DNA from: Octopus sinensis
Taxonomy: Eukaryota
Assembly: GCF_006345805.1 (NCBI RefSeq)
Contig: NC_042998.1
Location: 20,460,001 to 20,524,000 of the forward strand
Direction: 5' to 3'
DNA: 64,000 nucleotides
Shown here: in pieces, positions 50,330-63,971 of the stretch
Numbering within the stretch: position 1 is the first letter of the stretch
Layout of the letters: each line of letters starts with the position of its first letter
The notes under the pieces: generated by a model
Told to the model about the DNA's origin: nothing
Database searches by the model: none
The model's input: the letters and a program-made list of their open reading frames with translations, nothing else
Translations under genes and position numbers: made by a program

Positions 50330-50680
50330 GGACGGACGGACGGACGGACGAACGGACGGACGGACGGACGGACGGACGAACGGACGGACAGGCAGGCAGG
50401 CGGGCGGGCGGGCAGGCAGGCAGGCAGGCAGTAAGACAGACAGACAGACAGACACATACATACACACACACACATACATACATACATACATACATACATG
50501 GATGGGTAAGAAAATTAAATTAAGATCTCTTAGATAGATAAATACATACATATATACATACATACATACATACATACATAGACAGACAGACAGATACATA
50601 CATACATACATACATACATACATACATACATACATACATACATACATACATACATACATGGATTGGTAGGTAGGTAGATA
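50258..50680. repeat. Compound tetranucleotide microsatellite GATA-GGAC-GGCA-GACA-TACA
   Basis: Direct inspection. Confidence 0.95.
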
Positions 50681-51289
50681 TACAAGGAATAGGTTAAGAA
50701 TGACTTCGAAGTCACTTACTTGCCATGTTCAGACAGTCAGTTTGTTTTTTATTGTTTCCATTTTCTTCAAGACACATATACCCTTCTTAATAGGGAACTC
50801 ATCTGCTGGGTGGATTTTGGGGGAGGAATGAAATGCAGTTGTATAAGGTGTGTATTATGAAGGAAAGAAAGTATGCTTTTATAAGGAGTGGGTGAAGAGG
50901 AAGTGCAGGTAATAACAGCTTATCTGATTTGACAAAGAAGATTGCATTAGTTTGATAAGCAACTATTGATTGGCTATATCTGATTGAAGGGATTATTGTT
51001 CGTATTAATTCGAGCATGTATGGAATACAATACTAGCGAGATATATGCTTCTCGCCTTCTTGTTTTGGATCGACATAAATGCCATACTACAATGTTTGTA
51101 ATTCTTAGTGAGTACATACCACTTCAAAGTAAGCCCTCGCCACTTCAGAGTGAGATTAATTGCTTTAAAGTGAATCTTTTTCACTTCATGGTGACAATAA
51201 CGATTTCAAAATGAAATTAACACAAAAAACATTGATTTAATAGAAAATATATCAAAACGTCATAACAGTATTTGTTATGTCAACAATGT

Positions 51290-52310
51290 GAATTTGCTTA
51301 ATTAATTTATAAGTTTTATCGTCCAAGCAACGAGGCAAAAAGTCCATCATATGGCTGGAATATCTTCCAGTATTTTTAAAGAGTAATTACAGCAGTGGCA
51401 TACAACTCTAATTTTCTTCATATATTATCTCTGAATTCAACCTTTATAACACATTCAAAACTGTTCATCACATCTGCACTCGTTTATTGTATATTTTAAA
51501 TGCGAGAATCATTTCTCTATGTGCTTAAGCATAGATGAATACACGCAGACGTTTCAAGAACAATATGTGAATACCTTCAATGGAAATTTTGATCCCACAG
51601 TGAAAAATGGCGTATCGATTATGCAAATATATTCCTCGTCTTGCAAATGTTCAACGAAAACATTTTTCAGTCTCATGCAGGCTAACATAAATTTCTGTCA
51701 AGAACAGTCTGTCGATAGTTGAATGGACATAAATGATATGAGATGGAGAGAGTGCTTGTACATGAAGTGTTCAAATAGCAAATGGACCCCTTAGGGTGCC
51801 ACGGCTGCTGGTAGTGTAAAAATTAAAGCAGAGTTCATCCACAAAATTTATTAATGTTCCAAAGGGAATAGCAGTTGTCAGATACCAATCGGAAAATTTG
51901 TGTCGAGCAGAAATCACATCAGATCGATTTCTACCTCCAAGCAGTAGAACCAATTTTTTTCTTCTTACCAAGATATCATCTCGGGATTTCGAAATGCAAC
52001 TGTCATATACAAGCAGTTACTGTGGTAAATTCAGTTTCATGTCTTCATTAATCTTTCACAAATATGATTGATAGATTGTTATTTATTGCCTCATACAAAT
52101 GGACTCACATTTCACCATCGAACCTTCATTTTACATCTACTGCCTTGGGGTTATTATATCCCTCAATTTACAGTCATTACACTTTAAAATTATTCTGTTT
52201 GCAGTCTTCAAATTAATGTCTGCGCATTGAGCAAGTTCCTAGTAGTCTAATCTACGGTCATAATAATCTATAAGTTGAGGACGAGCGATGCTGGTCACTT
52301 CCTTATTCCA
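51290..52310 (-). pseudogene. Degraded IS630/Tc1-like (DD37E/TRT-like) transposase
   Basis: Hand translation across stops and frameshifts: HTH-like Y*ELAQCADINLKTANRII; KKLVL..RNRSDVISARHKF.DW; INFVDELCFN..SRG; ID.AIFH; YSSMLKHIEK*FSHLK; HMMDFLPRCL. Confidence 0.65.
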
Positions 52311-54515
52311 CAACTGTACCTAGGCGTCGTATGAATTACTCTTCAGAGAATAAACAGTTTAAATTTGTAACAGATGTCGCACTATGCGTCAGAAATGTGT
52401 TCATGCAGCTATCTTAAAAGTCGCAGTATTTATGAATGCATAAATACTACGGAAAACTATACAATGGGAAAAAAATTCTTTTCGTTACTATGACTACGAC
52501 TAAAAAAGATTGAATTTAACATTTTGTTTTGTTTATAATATTATGGCATCGTATCCTCCAACTGATAAAGTATTCTCTACTACATCTCTATGGAAAAATA
52601 TATTATGTGTTTTTGGATAATTAAATCAAGTTAGTTTAAGTTTTGTTAAAGAGGCATTGACTCACTTTGAAATAGCTTTTCTCACTTTGAAGTAACATGT
52701 GGTTAGTGAGAATTTCAAATGCTGTAAGTTATAAATATTTTATTTTTATGTAAGTTTTATTTATCCATTACTCTATCTCAGCCAGGTTTTATGGTACATT
52801 ATACAGTATCTGACTGAAATAGAATGGCTGGCTACGCTACATCAAAACAGCCATTTATGCAAACATGTTTTTGTTATTGAGTGAAATCAAAGCAGATAAG
52901 TTATCTGTTATTCGATAGTTTATCGGTCTCTAAATCGGACATAAACTTTTGTCGTAGTAAACTGTGACAGGAAAGAGGTTCCTCGAATTAGAATTCATGT
53001 ATATTCATATACTACAAAAATACACTTCATAATTTTAGTTTCTCTTCCGTTTCAAGTCACTGCAACCATTTTTCCTAAATATTAGTCTAAAAATATCTAA
53101 TTTGTTAAAATTAATTTTAAATATTAATTCATAGCCTCCAGTGATAATTATCTCTGAAACAATCTGTTCTATTAATGATAAAAGGTAGAATATTTAAATG
53201 CGCCTAACATCATATAAAGTCAATTTATCGTGAGTGTGACGTCAGACGCAAACGTCATTTCTGCATAAATCTTTTTTTTAGCTCACTGCTGTCTAATTCG
53301 TAAACGTCTTGCTTTTTTTTTGGTTTTGCTTTTTTCTTCGTTTTCTTTGATAGATTTTAGACTTTCTCTTGCAAGAAGATGCTAGCAACAACAAAGAATA
53401 AACTGTAGTTGCCAAGAAATATTCCATCAAAATAAAAGCAGAACTATCAATATAAAAATAGTGAGAGTAAACATTTCTTTAGACAAACATTATGTTTGTT
53501 AAAAAGAAACGTTGGCGAGCAAAAGCAGTTTTAATTACTTAGACTGAACAATCTCATAAGCGACACATACGAAATTAAATAGCGCAGTGTGGTTTATCTG
53601 CATCTATTCAGCAGCATATAATTTATCTGAAAATAGTAAGAGAGTAATAGGCTATATTTTTATAACTTCAAAGGCATGTTGAAGTAAATGAAATTTAACA
53701 TAATTCTTGCTATATATATGATGTGAAATGTTGGATCAAAAGACTACGACGACTGAATGAATACAATTGATTTATGCTATTATTTTCACAGACATCTCCA
53801 GTTAGATTTGTAAATTGTCTCTTATATCGGCAACATTTTGTTTGTTCACAATAGAATTGGAATCAGAATTGGAATCCTTTATTCTTCATTGCAATCTCTC
53901 CTCTTCTCCCACTCTCTCTCCCCCTCTCTCCCTCTCTCTCTCACACACATGCGCACATAAACACACTCATACACACGCACACACACATACACACACAAGC
54001 ACACGCACATACGAACACATACGCACACACACGCTACCTCCAATGTGTTTATTCCACGCCATTTACACCCTCCGACCATGGCCACTTCCTGAAACATAAT
54101 ACTTTTCCTCTGATTCATGATAAACCAATTTACTCCACTTTTGAACTGTTTATATACTCGCTAATAGCTGATACAAGCCATAACTACTTTCCTCAGATCC
54201 TACAGTTTACTTAATAAGTGCTTTATTTGTTGATACGATATCAACACATTTAACATGGTGTCGTATCACACTTCCTTGAAGCATGCTCGACATCGTTTAG
54301 AGGTTACAATATTGTGTTTTCTGGGTTTGGTACGCAAAAAGGAGGACAAAATAGGAAAAAATATAAATGTCTTCTCCATACGCAGCAGCGACAAAATGAA
54401 GTACTTGTTATTGTTATTGTTGTTGGAGTAGTTTTCCTTGTTGTTATTGTTGTTGTAATTTTTATCGTTGTTAATGTAGTAGTTTTTATTATTGTTGTTG
54501 TTGTTGTAGTTGTTG

Positions 54516-54861
54516 AGCGAACGGTCTTCGTGCCAGTGCTCGCAGTCGGAGAAGTCCGAAACGTGGTCCTTTGCTATTCGTAAGACCCGCAGAAGAGAAA
54601 GCAGGTCAACCCCCGACACCGAGAGCATTGACGCATGGATGAATGCGCATCCAGGCTCAGCGGTTGCGTAGGAAGTCAGGGACTAGAAACAGGAAGAAAG
54701 AATGAGAGAAAGTTGGGGCGAAAGAGTACAACAGGGGTCGCTACCACCCCCTGCCGGAGCCTCGTAGAGCTTTAGGTGTTTTTGCTCAACAAACACACAC
54801 AACGCCCGGTCTGGGAATCGAAACCGCGATCCTCCGACCGCGAGTCCGCTGCCCTAACCAT
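54516..54861 (-). mobile_element. SINE family B head with tail type 3 and (AAC)n end
   Basis: Family B to ttcctgtttct, then agtccctgacttcctacgcaacc...gaagaccgttcgctc(aac)n. Confidence 0.8.
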
Positions 54862-55456
54862 TATTTTTGCTTTTTTGTTAGGTTTCGTAGTTGAAAAAAG
54901 CTACCAAAACTTAATTTGTAATTTTAAAAATTCAAAATTAGTGTACGACAGAGAAAATATTCAACACAATATTCTTCCCTTTCAATTTTTTTTTCCCAAT
55001 CTTATTCGTCTTGCCTTTTTGCCTCAACGCAATTTAAACTAAATTAAAGGAGATACTAGACAGAGAAGGACAATAAAACAGAGCTGTTTGGGGAAAAAGT
55101 GAAAAACTAACGTGCCTGAATATGTCATCAATTGATTCATTAGAAGTATATTTTGAAAAGTAAGCTGTTTGTATGATATTTTCTTGTTAACTAACCAACA
55201 GCAATCAACATCCATTCGTTGTAACATCTTTATGTATGCATGAATGTATAAATATATGTGTGTATATGTATGAATGCGGGTATATATATATATATATAAA
55301 TATATATTTATTTACACGCACATACATATAATTTATATATACATTCATAAAAATATATGTATGCATGTACATATATGTATATATATGATATATATAAATA
55401 GTTATGTATATATATATATGTATATAACCATATATATAAGCATATATATGTATATA

Positions 55457-55515
<59 letters not shown>

Positions 55516-55556
55516 TATATTTTTAAGTATAACTAGCGATATTGATTTATATGTAA

Positions 55557-55557
55557 T

Positions 55558-55648
<91 letters not shown>
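55557..55648. repeat. (GATA)n microsatellite
   Basis: Direct inspection. Confidence 0.95.
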
Positions 55649-56339
55649 CAGTGAGTCTATGCCAGTGTGTAATTTTTTCGGTTGTGTACCGAAGAATACA
55701 TACGTTCCAAACATTTATTTTATACACTAACTACCGAAGACATACTTGTAGAAATATGTATTTATTTATGAATATCTAAATGCCAATGTTCGTAACATTT
55801 TGGTTGTGTAATTTATAATATGCGAATAGCTAAAAAGAAAAAATATACACTTTCTAACTATGAAAGTTTGCTTATTTGTGAATAAGCAAACGACATATTT
55901 TTTTTCCTCCAAATAAAACCCAGCGTGTTTGAAGTTTCCATCTCTGAATTCATTTTCAGAGACAGGTTTATTAATGAGTGCATTCACGCAACAAGCCTTT
56001 TGGTGAATTCACATGAGAATGATATAGTCTAGGGCAAGAAAATTTTAACAATGGCTGATTTCTTTATAATGTCTGTATTTATTTGTGCCTATGTATGTAT
56101 TGTATGTATGTATGTATGCGGATAGATGGATTGGTAAGATAGGTAGATGCATTATATGTTTCTGTGTGAACGCTAGTGTGTGTATGTATACATGTGTTTG
56201 TAAAAGTAAAAATATATGCGATTTAAGAATATGAATATGATATATAAGATATATATGCATATCTCCATTTAACTATTCTTGTATGTATTTATTTCATCTC
56301 TCTAAACTTTATTTTCCATTTTACTGAGCTCTCAGCTGA

Positions 56340-57365
56340 AAGTTTTGCGCAAAAAGTTTCTTTCAACTGGAAAGAAATGTCCTAGACGGAGACTTTTTTC
56401 AGCAAATATCGGATGAAGCTGATGAGGAATCCTAGAGATGACTAAGAAATGGATTTTTAACGAAGAGGACTGAAGGACTGATTCTTGCTGCTCAAGAACG
56501 AGCTTTACTAACCAACTCAGTGATAAGACAGCAGTGATAAGACAGCAGCGTCACGTTTGTGTAGATTATGTGAAAAATCACCGGACACAGTTAAACATGG
56601 GTGCTCGAAACTGGCCTAAAATTATTACAAAAAATGCCATGACAAAGTAGCAGTGCGAATACACTGGGAGTTGTGCAAGAAGTTTGAACTAGAATGTTCC
56701 AACAAATGGTATGAGCATTAGGCGGCGAGCTAGCAGAAACGTTAGCACGCCGGGCGAAATGTTTGGCGGTATTTCGTCTGCCGTTACGTTCTGAGTTCAA
56801 ATTCCGCCGAGGTCGACTTTGCCTTTCATCCTTTCGGGGTTGATTAAATAAGTACCAGTTACGCACTGGGGTCAATATAATCGACTTAATCCGTTTGTCT
56901 GTCCTTGTTTGTCCTCTCTGTGTTTAGCCCCTGGTGGGCAGTAAAGAAATAAGTATGAGCATTAACCTTTGCCAGTAAGAGATTGACCAGGTGAAATGCA
57001 TAATGGATATTCGATTTGCAGAAATAAGAAGCTGCAACATAATCCAACAGCTGTCACTCTCTAACTGAAGTAGTTCAAAGAGCGGACCTTCATTGATGCT
57101 GCAGTACCTGAAGAACAGAATATTGTGAAGACAGATGATGAGAAAGTCGAGAATACCAAGATCTAGCGATGGTAGTTAAACGCATGCACAGAGCCTCGAA
57201 AGTGAGTGTGGTACCTATTGTAATCGGTTGTACTTGGAACCATCTCAAAGCAAGCAATTTCTAACATCAAAAGTTGCAAATATTAAACTTCATAAGAAGT
57301 ACTCAGTTAATAGCAATACTCGGAACAGAACATATGTTGAAAAGGTTGTTGCGTCTCTGAGCTCC
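56340..57365 (+). pseudogene. R4/Dong-like RLE LINE 3' fragment 1
   Basis: TEGLILAAQERALLTN, CRLCEKSPDTVKH, HDKVAVRIHWELCKKF..KWYEH, DAAVP, VVPIVIG and AILGTEHMLKRLL. Confidence 0.8.
56721..56952 (+). mobile_element. SINE family A inserted in the R4-like fragment
   Basis: 12-bp TSD gtatgagcatta. Confidence 0.9.
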
Positions 57366-57434
57366 GGGATGGCGGTTTGAGGTGATATAGATAACTCAGG
57401 AGATAAAATAAGAACAAAACAACAACAACAGTAA

Positions 57435-57497
57435 GGAGAAGAAGAAGAAGAAGAAGAAGAAGAAGAAGAAGAAGAAGAAGAAGAAAGGGAGAAGAAG

Positions 57498-57528
<31 letters not shown>

Positions 57529-57700
57529 GGAGGAGGAGGAAGAAGAAGAAGAAAAAGAAGAAGAAGAAGAAGAGGAAGAAGAAGAAGAGAAAGAAGAAGA
57601 AGAAGGAGAAGAAGAAGAAGAGAAGAAGAAGAAGAAGAAGAAGAAGAAGAAGACGAGAAAAGAGAAGAAGAAGAAGAAGAAGAAGAAAGAAGAAGAAGAA
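57435..57700. repeat. (GAA)n polypurine tract
   Basis: About 265 bp almost entirely G/A. Confidence 0.95.
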
Positions 57701-58905
57701 TGATGTTGCGCTCAAAATTGACTGGATGGAATAAAATCCAAGCAGTTAATACATGGGTGATAACATCTCGTCGTTATGGAGTAGGAATCATAAAATGGCG
57801 AATGAAAGAAGTGATGAACACGGATACGAAGACAAGAAAAATGTTGACAACGCACGGAGACTTCCATCCAAAGAGTGACACTTATAGGCTGTAATTGTCC
57901 AGAAGAAAGAGTGGGAGGCGTTTGATCAGTTGCCAGGATTGTATCGAAGCAGATGAAAACAGCTTAGGCTGGTATGTAAAAAATACCGTGGAACCATTGT
58001 TAAAACATGTGACGAAGTCCGGTGTCATCAAAATTAATAATTGTGTAAAGAACGAAAATCTTAAAGGAGACAAGAACACAAAGAAATGGCATGGAAGGAG
58101 AAAAAAGTGTGCGGACAGTTTGCAAGAGATACGAACGCCAAGACAAATACAGAGGACCGGTGGCTATAGGTGAGGAGGAGGAGTAACCTGAAGATGGAGA
58201 CAGAAGTACTTATATGCGCAGCGCAAGAACAGGCATTAAGGACTAACTATGTGAAGTGCAGAATCGACAACACTCAGAAGATAAAATAATAAGAACAACA
58301 ACAGCAAGAAGAAGAAAAAGAAGAAGAACAACAACATCAACAAATGCTAAATGTGTATTAAGAGGAGTGAAACGGTATGGCACATCGTTAGCGGTATGGC
58401 ACATCGTTAGCGCTATGGCACAGCGCGAATATAAAAGATGACATGACAATGTGAAAAGAATGATCCGTTTGGAGCTCTGTGAAAATCACGGTCTACAAAG
58501 AGCAAAGATGTGGTATGAGAAAACCCCAGGAGTCACCGAGAATGAAGATTGCAAAATTCTGTTGGATGCAATGATTCATGGCGATCAGCTGACCAGACAT
58601 CGGGAGTTCTGGTGGCAAACAAAAAAGGAAGAACTTGCATGATAATCGACATAACATGTTCCGGTGACAACAGAATCAAAGAGAAAGAAGAAGAAAAACT
58701 GAGCAACTACGACGAAAGTTATGTCGGTGAGGAGACTAGACGTAATACTAACAATAATTGGCGTACTTGGAAGTATCAGCACTCAGCTACCAAAATGGAT
58801 CAAAAAGATTGGTATAAATGTAAAGATAGAACGCCTACAAATTCAGCATTGCCTGGAACTGCAAGAATTCTTCGCAAGGTTCTTAGTCTGCTGGCTGTGA
58901 ATAGC
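57700..58905 (+). pseudogene. R4/Dong-like RLE LINE 3' fragment 2
   Basis: KLTGWNKIQAVNTW...KTRKMLTTHGDFHPKSDTYRL; LKMETEVLICAAQEQALRTNYVK; C.MC...ETVWHIVS; AQREYKR*HD; CMIIDITCSGDNRIKEKEEEK; GTARILRKVL. Confidence 0.85.
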
Positions 58906-58919
58906 TGATACTTTCCATC

Positions 58920-59270
58920 ATGCCCAGCAAAATAAGCTGAGAGTTTTCATCCCAAATGATGAGGAAATCAATATGAGAGGCATAGAGAAAATAGCAAAGT
59001 ACCAGGATCAAGTCATTGAATTACAGGGGGTATGGAAAGTGCGGGTAAAATGTATCCCAGTACAGGTGCATTGGGAACCATCCCTAAATATCTGAACAGA
59101 TGGATAGAGGAAATAGGCATAAAACTAAGTTTAGTACAGCTCCAGAAAACAGTGTTATTAGAGACAGCTGGGATACTTAGGAGGATTCTTGGCATTTAAG
59201 GTTACTTGGCGTAGCCCGATGTTAGGATTTTTTTCAACAGTCTTATCTGTTGTGTGTGTACGAAGATGAT
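58920..59270 (+). pseudogene. R4/Dong-like 3' end 3, followed by (TAA)n (59270-59390)
   Basis: GALGTIPKYLNRWIEEIGIKLSLVQLQKTVLLETAGILRRILGI*. Confidence 0.75.
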
Positions 59271-59310
59271 AATAACAATAATGATAATAATAATAAAGAT
59301 GATAATAATA

Positions 59311-59382
<72 letters not shown>

Positions 59383-59627
59383 TAATAATTAAGCTAGTAC
59401 AAAAACGTATAAGCGCAGGTATGACTGTGTAGTTAAAAGAGTGCAATGGATGAGTGTATGGGTTCGAAATAACAGGCAAGTAGTACAAACATGAACCAGA
59501 GGCTGCGGAAGAGAAAAGAATTACAAGAACTTACGGGACTTCTCCATAAAGACTGAGCATATTGTTGAAGTAAGACGACCAAATGTGATCTTAGAGAATA
59601 AAATAAACAAACTGTTTAAGAACGCCA

Positions 59628-60150
59628 TGATAGATCACTTGTCACTACACAGTCTTTATTTTCTCTCCTTGTTTCTTTCTGTGTTCCTTTCTGTGGAAGA
59701 GCGTAGGCTTGAAACGTTAAAGACTTTTTCACTTCCCGAGCGTTATAATAATAAATAATAATAATAATGAAATTATTGTATAGAGTGCTCAGGTGCACCA
59801 CAACTTGTCAGAAAGTGCGTATAAAGTATATGCAGTAATGTACAAATGTCTGGAAAGCGAACAGTGTATGAGTCAGATACATGCTTGCGTGCGTATGGAG
59901 GGAAGAAAATCAGGTGTAGTGTTGGCGAATGTCAGGAAGCATGGAAGTTTTGAAGGATGCTGTGCTCCGACAACTAACAACTGATGCCGTCAGTTTGTTC
60001 CATGCTTCAGCAACTCTCAGCGTGAAAAAATTTTTCCTAAAGTCATGGGAGCTGTGCTGTTTTCTGACTTTGTAAATATACATGTGTTTGTTGTCTATAC
60101 CACCTGTCTTCGTCTTTTGTATTTTTGTTTTATTTTCTGAATTCCACCCC
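59628..60150 (+). mobile_element. Repeat family F copy (hammerhead-like motif 59687-59722), interrupted by a CR1 3' end
   Basis: Matches 44715-44895 on both sides of the insert. Confidence 0.65.
59747..60075 (-). mobile_element. CR1-like LINE 3' end with (TTA)n tail
   Basis: Minus strand reads HDFRKKFFTLRVAEAWNKLTASVVSCRSTASFK. Confidence 0.7.
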
Positions 60151-60482
60151 TAGACATTGCAATACTCTATGACAGAAGAGTCGATTACAAAGAAATAGGA
60201 GAAAAAAACTGAGAAATATCAGGATCTAGCCAAAAGGCTGAAGAAACTGTGGAAGGTTAAAACAACAATTATTCCTGTGGTAATTGGTGCACTTGGCACA
60301 ACACCAAAAATGTTGCAAAACTGAAAGAGATTGGAATGGAGACTCGCATTATGGGTTACAGAAAAGTACCATTCTGTATTTTACAAGAACCCCCAGAAAG
60401 ATTCTTGGGAATCGAGGAGACTTGTTGGTTCCAATCCTCAAGATAACATTCCTGCTAATTAGATTAACATGTTCAAATTTGT

Positions 60483-60558
<76 letters not shown>

Positions 60559-60594
60559 TACCAATACTATGGAATGAAAGCAGAGGAAAGATAG

Positions 60595-60960
60595 TATAGA
60601 CATATCCCAGAAAATGACGAAGCAACTGTATTTTGGGATATGTCAACACACACAGTTAGAAAGATCAAGGCTAATAAACTGGATGGATTTGTCGGAGGTC
60701 ACCAACGGAAAAAGGATGCCTTCTAATCGACGTATCAAATGACAATGTATCTCTAAGAAAAACAGAGAAACTCTCAAAATACAAAGGTCTGGAAGTAGAG
60801 ATAATCCGAATGTGGAGCTTAAAAGCAGAAACTATAAAAAACATAGAGGCAAATACGTTAAACAAAACACTAAGACTTACGAATCTATATATAACATACA
60901 GAAAATAGCATTACTAGGCACTGTACACCTCCTACGTAAAGCACTATTAATACAGTGAAA
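60595..60960 (+). pseudogene. R4/Dong-like 3' end 5
   Basis: PENDEATVFWDMSTHT..IKANK, CLLIDVS, EKLSKYKGLEVEIIRMW and QKIALLGTVHLLRKAL. Confidence 0.75.
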
Positions 60961-61408
60961 ATAAAAACACTAAAACAAACCACTACACATACCCGAAGCA
61001 CAAAGAGCTGTGCTCGGTAGTGCAGTGAAAGCACATTATACAAATAATACAACTGAATAACCGGTGTAAAGGGTGTTTACGTCCCCGTAACTTAGTGGTT
61101 CGTCAAGAGAGATCGATAGAATAAGTATCAGGCTTAAGTAATGTAATCGATTAGTTCGACTAAAATTCCTCAAAGCGGTTGCCCGGCATTGCCACAGTCT
61201 AATAACTGGAACAATTTTTTTTTTATGAATAAAGCAATTACTGTGTTGGAGACACATAATTAGCCATTCAAAAACACTCAAAGACTACTAACTTCATTTA
61301 GACATGTATTTGATGTCAACGTTTTCATCGTACCAACTGCAATGATGCGACACCACTGCATCCAGTTTATGAGAATATTTTGAGGTATATATATTTTGAG
61401 TTATATAT

Positions 61409-61966
<558 letters not shown>

Positions 61967-61973
61967 GTTCTAG

Positions 61974-62130
61974 AAGGCGGCGAGCTGGCAGAACCGTTAG
62001 CACGCCGGGCGAAATGCGTAGCCGTATTTCGTCTGCCGTTACGTTCTGAGTTCAAATTCCGCCGAGGTCGACTTTGCTTTTCATCCTTTCGGAGTCGATT
62101 AAATAAGTACCAGTTACGCACTGGGGTCGA
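61974..62130 (+). mobile_element. SINE family A, 3'-truncated at TA repeat
   Basis: Matches the family A head and body. Confidence 0.85.
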
Positions 62131-62140
62131 TATATATATA

Positions 62141-62543
62141 TACTCTGTTACTTGTTTCAGTCATATGACTGCGGCCATGCTGGATCACCGTCTTTAGTCG
62201 AGCAACTCGACCCCGGGACTTATTCTTTGTAAGTCCAGTACTTATTCTATCGGTCTCTTTTGCCGAACCGCTAGGTGACGGGGACGTAAACACACCAGCA
62301 TCGGTTGTCAAGCAATGCTAGGGGGACAAACACAGACATACACACACACATACACACACATATATATATATACATATATACGACAGGCTTCTTTCAGTTT
62401 CCGTCTACCAAATCCACTCACAAGGCATTGGTCGGCCCGGGGCTATAGCAGAAGACACTTGCCCAAGATGCCACGCAGTGGGACTGAACCCGGAACCATG
62501 TGGTTGTTTAGCAAGCTACTTACCACACAGCCACTCCTGCGCC
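62141..62543 (-). mobile_element. SINE family C, full length
   Basis: Near-identical to 39240-39652. Confidence 0.9.
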
Positions 62544-63480
62544 TATATATATATATTGGTTCCAAGGTTATAAATTTGTTGTTTTTTTTCTGTTTTTTTG
62601 TTTTCTTATATAGATCAGTCGTTCTGGCTGGATGCTTCTTGTGTGGTTGTATTTCACGGTCACAGATCAAATCAATTGTCCAGCAATTCCGAAATAATAA
62701 AAGATAATCATAAAGTCAACATTTTCTGTCAGTAACAAATAGAATATCTTCTATTTCATAAGTATAGGGAATCATTCCAGTCAACTGATGTTAAATTATT
62801 TCAAAATCTAGCGGCTAAAATGGGATTGACATTTAACTACTTACGGGAATTGTTGTGAATATCTATGATTTCAAACTGTATGATTACCGAATTTCAAAAT
62901 GTAGATTTTTCTCTTAATGATATAGATTTTAGCTAAAACTTAAGTATAATATTCTAGACTATGAGAATTAATAGCAAAAATTATGGTATAGATTTTAGCT
63001 AAAACGTAAGTGTAATATTCTAGGTTATGAGAATTAATAGCAAAAAGCTTATATAAGAATGTAAATAAAATTACACAGACGCAGATAAATAAAAATGGTT
63101 TGAAAGTAAATAAAATATAAGTTTTGAAAATACAGTTACAGAGGTAAACTACTTAATGAATATTCACAAGTATTCATATAACAGCAAACATGTGTAAACG
63201 TCTAAGTAAAAATGAAATAAACAAACTCGAAGTGAAAGAAATATAAAATGTTTCTGGTATAGAAAAAAAAATATGAATAAAATCTTACTTTACTATCGGA
63301 GAAATATTATATTAGAAAATGAAAACGATGTAAATAAATAATGTTCACTCTTTTTAATTTCAGTAAACGGTGTTTCACTGAATGACAAATAAATGGAAAA
63401 TATAAAGAACACACCTACACAACTATGTTTAAAATGTAATACAAGTTTAGATTATAAGTATGCAAAATTATACATACATA

Positions 63481-63650
63481 GGCGCCGGCGTGACTGCATG
63501 GTAAAAGATTTGCTTCCCAACCACATGTATCCGGGTTAAGTCTCACTGCGTGGCACCTTGGGCAAGTATCTTCTACTATAAGCTTTGGGCCGACCAAAGC
63601 CGTGTGAGTGGATTTGGTAGATGGAAACTGAAAGAATCCTGTCATATGTC
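63481..63650 (+). mobile_element. SINE family C 5' half, diverged
   Basis: cactgcgtggcaccttgggcaagt...ggtagatggaaactgaaagaa. Confidence 0.75.
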
Positions 63651-63700
63651 GTCTAACGACGGGAGAATCCATGGTGTTTTTGTGTGTGTATGTGTGTGTG

Positions 63701-63875
63701 TGGAGGCACATGGCCTAATGGTTAGAGTAGCGAACTCGCGGTCGAGGGATCGCGGGTTCGAATCTCAGACCGGGCGATCTGTGTGTTTATATCGGCGTCC
63801 CATCCAGGTGGGGAACCTATACGCCAAGGAAACCAGGAAACCGGTCCTTATGAGCCAGGCATGGCTCAAGAAGGA
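63701..63875 (+). mobile_element. SINE family B-related head with a short type-2-like tail
   Basis: tggaggcacatggcctaatggttagag...gggttcgaatctcagaccgggcg, then ggcgtcccatccagg...ggaaaccggtccttatgagcc. Confidence 0.65.
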
Positions 63876-63914
63876 ACAAACAAAAACATATATATATATA
63901 TATATATGTGTATA

Positions 63915-63971
<57 letters not shown>

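Larger units (their letters stand above)
59480..60480 (+). pseudogene. R4/Dong-like 3' end 4, split by nested inserts, followed by (TAG)n (60483-60558)
   Basis: YKHEPEAAE..DFSIKTEHIVEVRRPNVI at 59490-59620 resumes as LKKLWKVKTTIIPVVIGALGTTPK..LQKSTILY at 60230-60400. Confidence 0.65.

Noticed and set aside
51519-51722. LSIDE motif suggesting a piggyBac transposase
   Set aside because: No other piggyBac motifs follow. The opposite strand carries an ordered set of Tc1/IS630-like motifs.
56419-56440. CTGATGA GG-AAT-CC as a hammerhead core
   Set aside because: There is no GAAA or helix III, and it lies in R4-like coding sequence.
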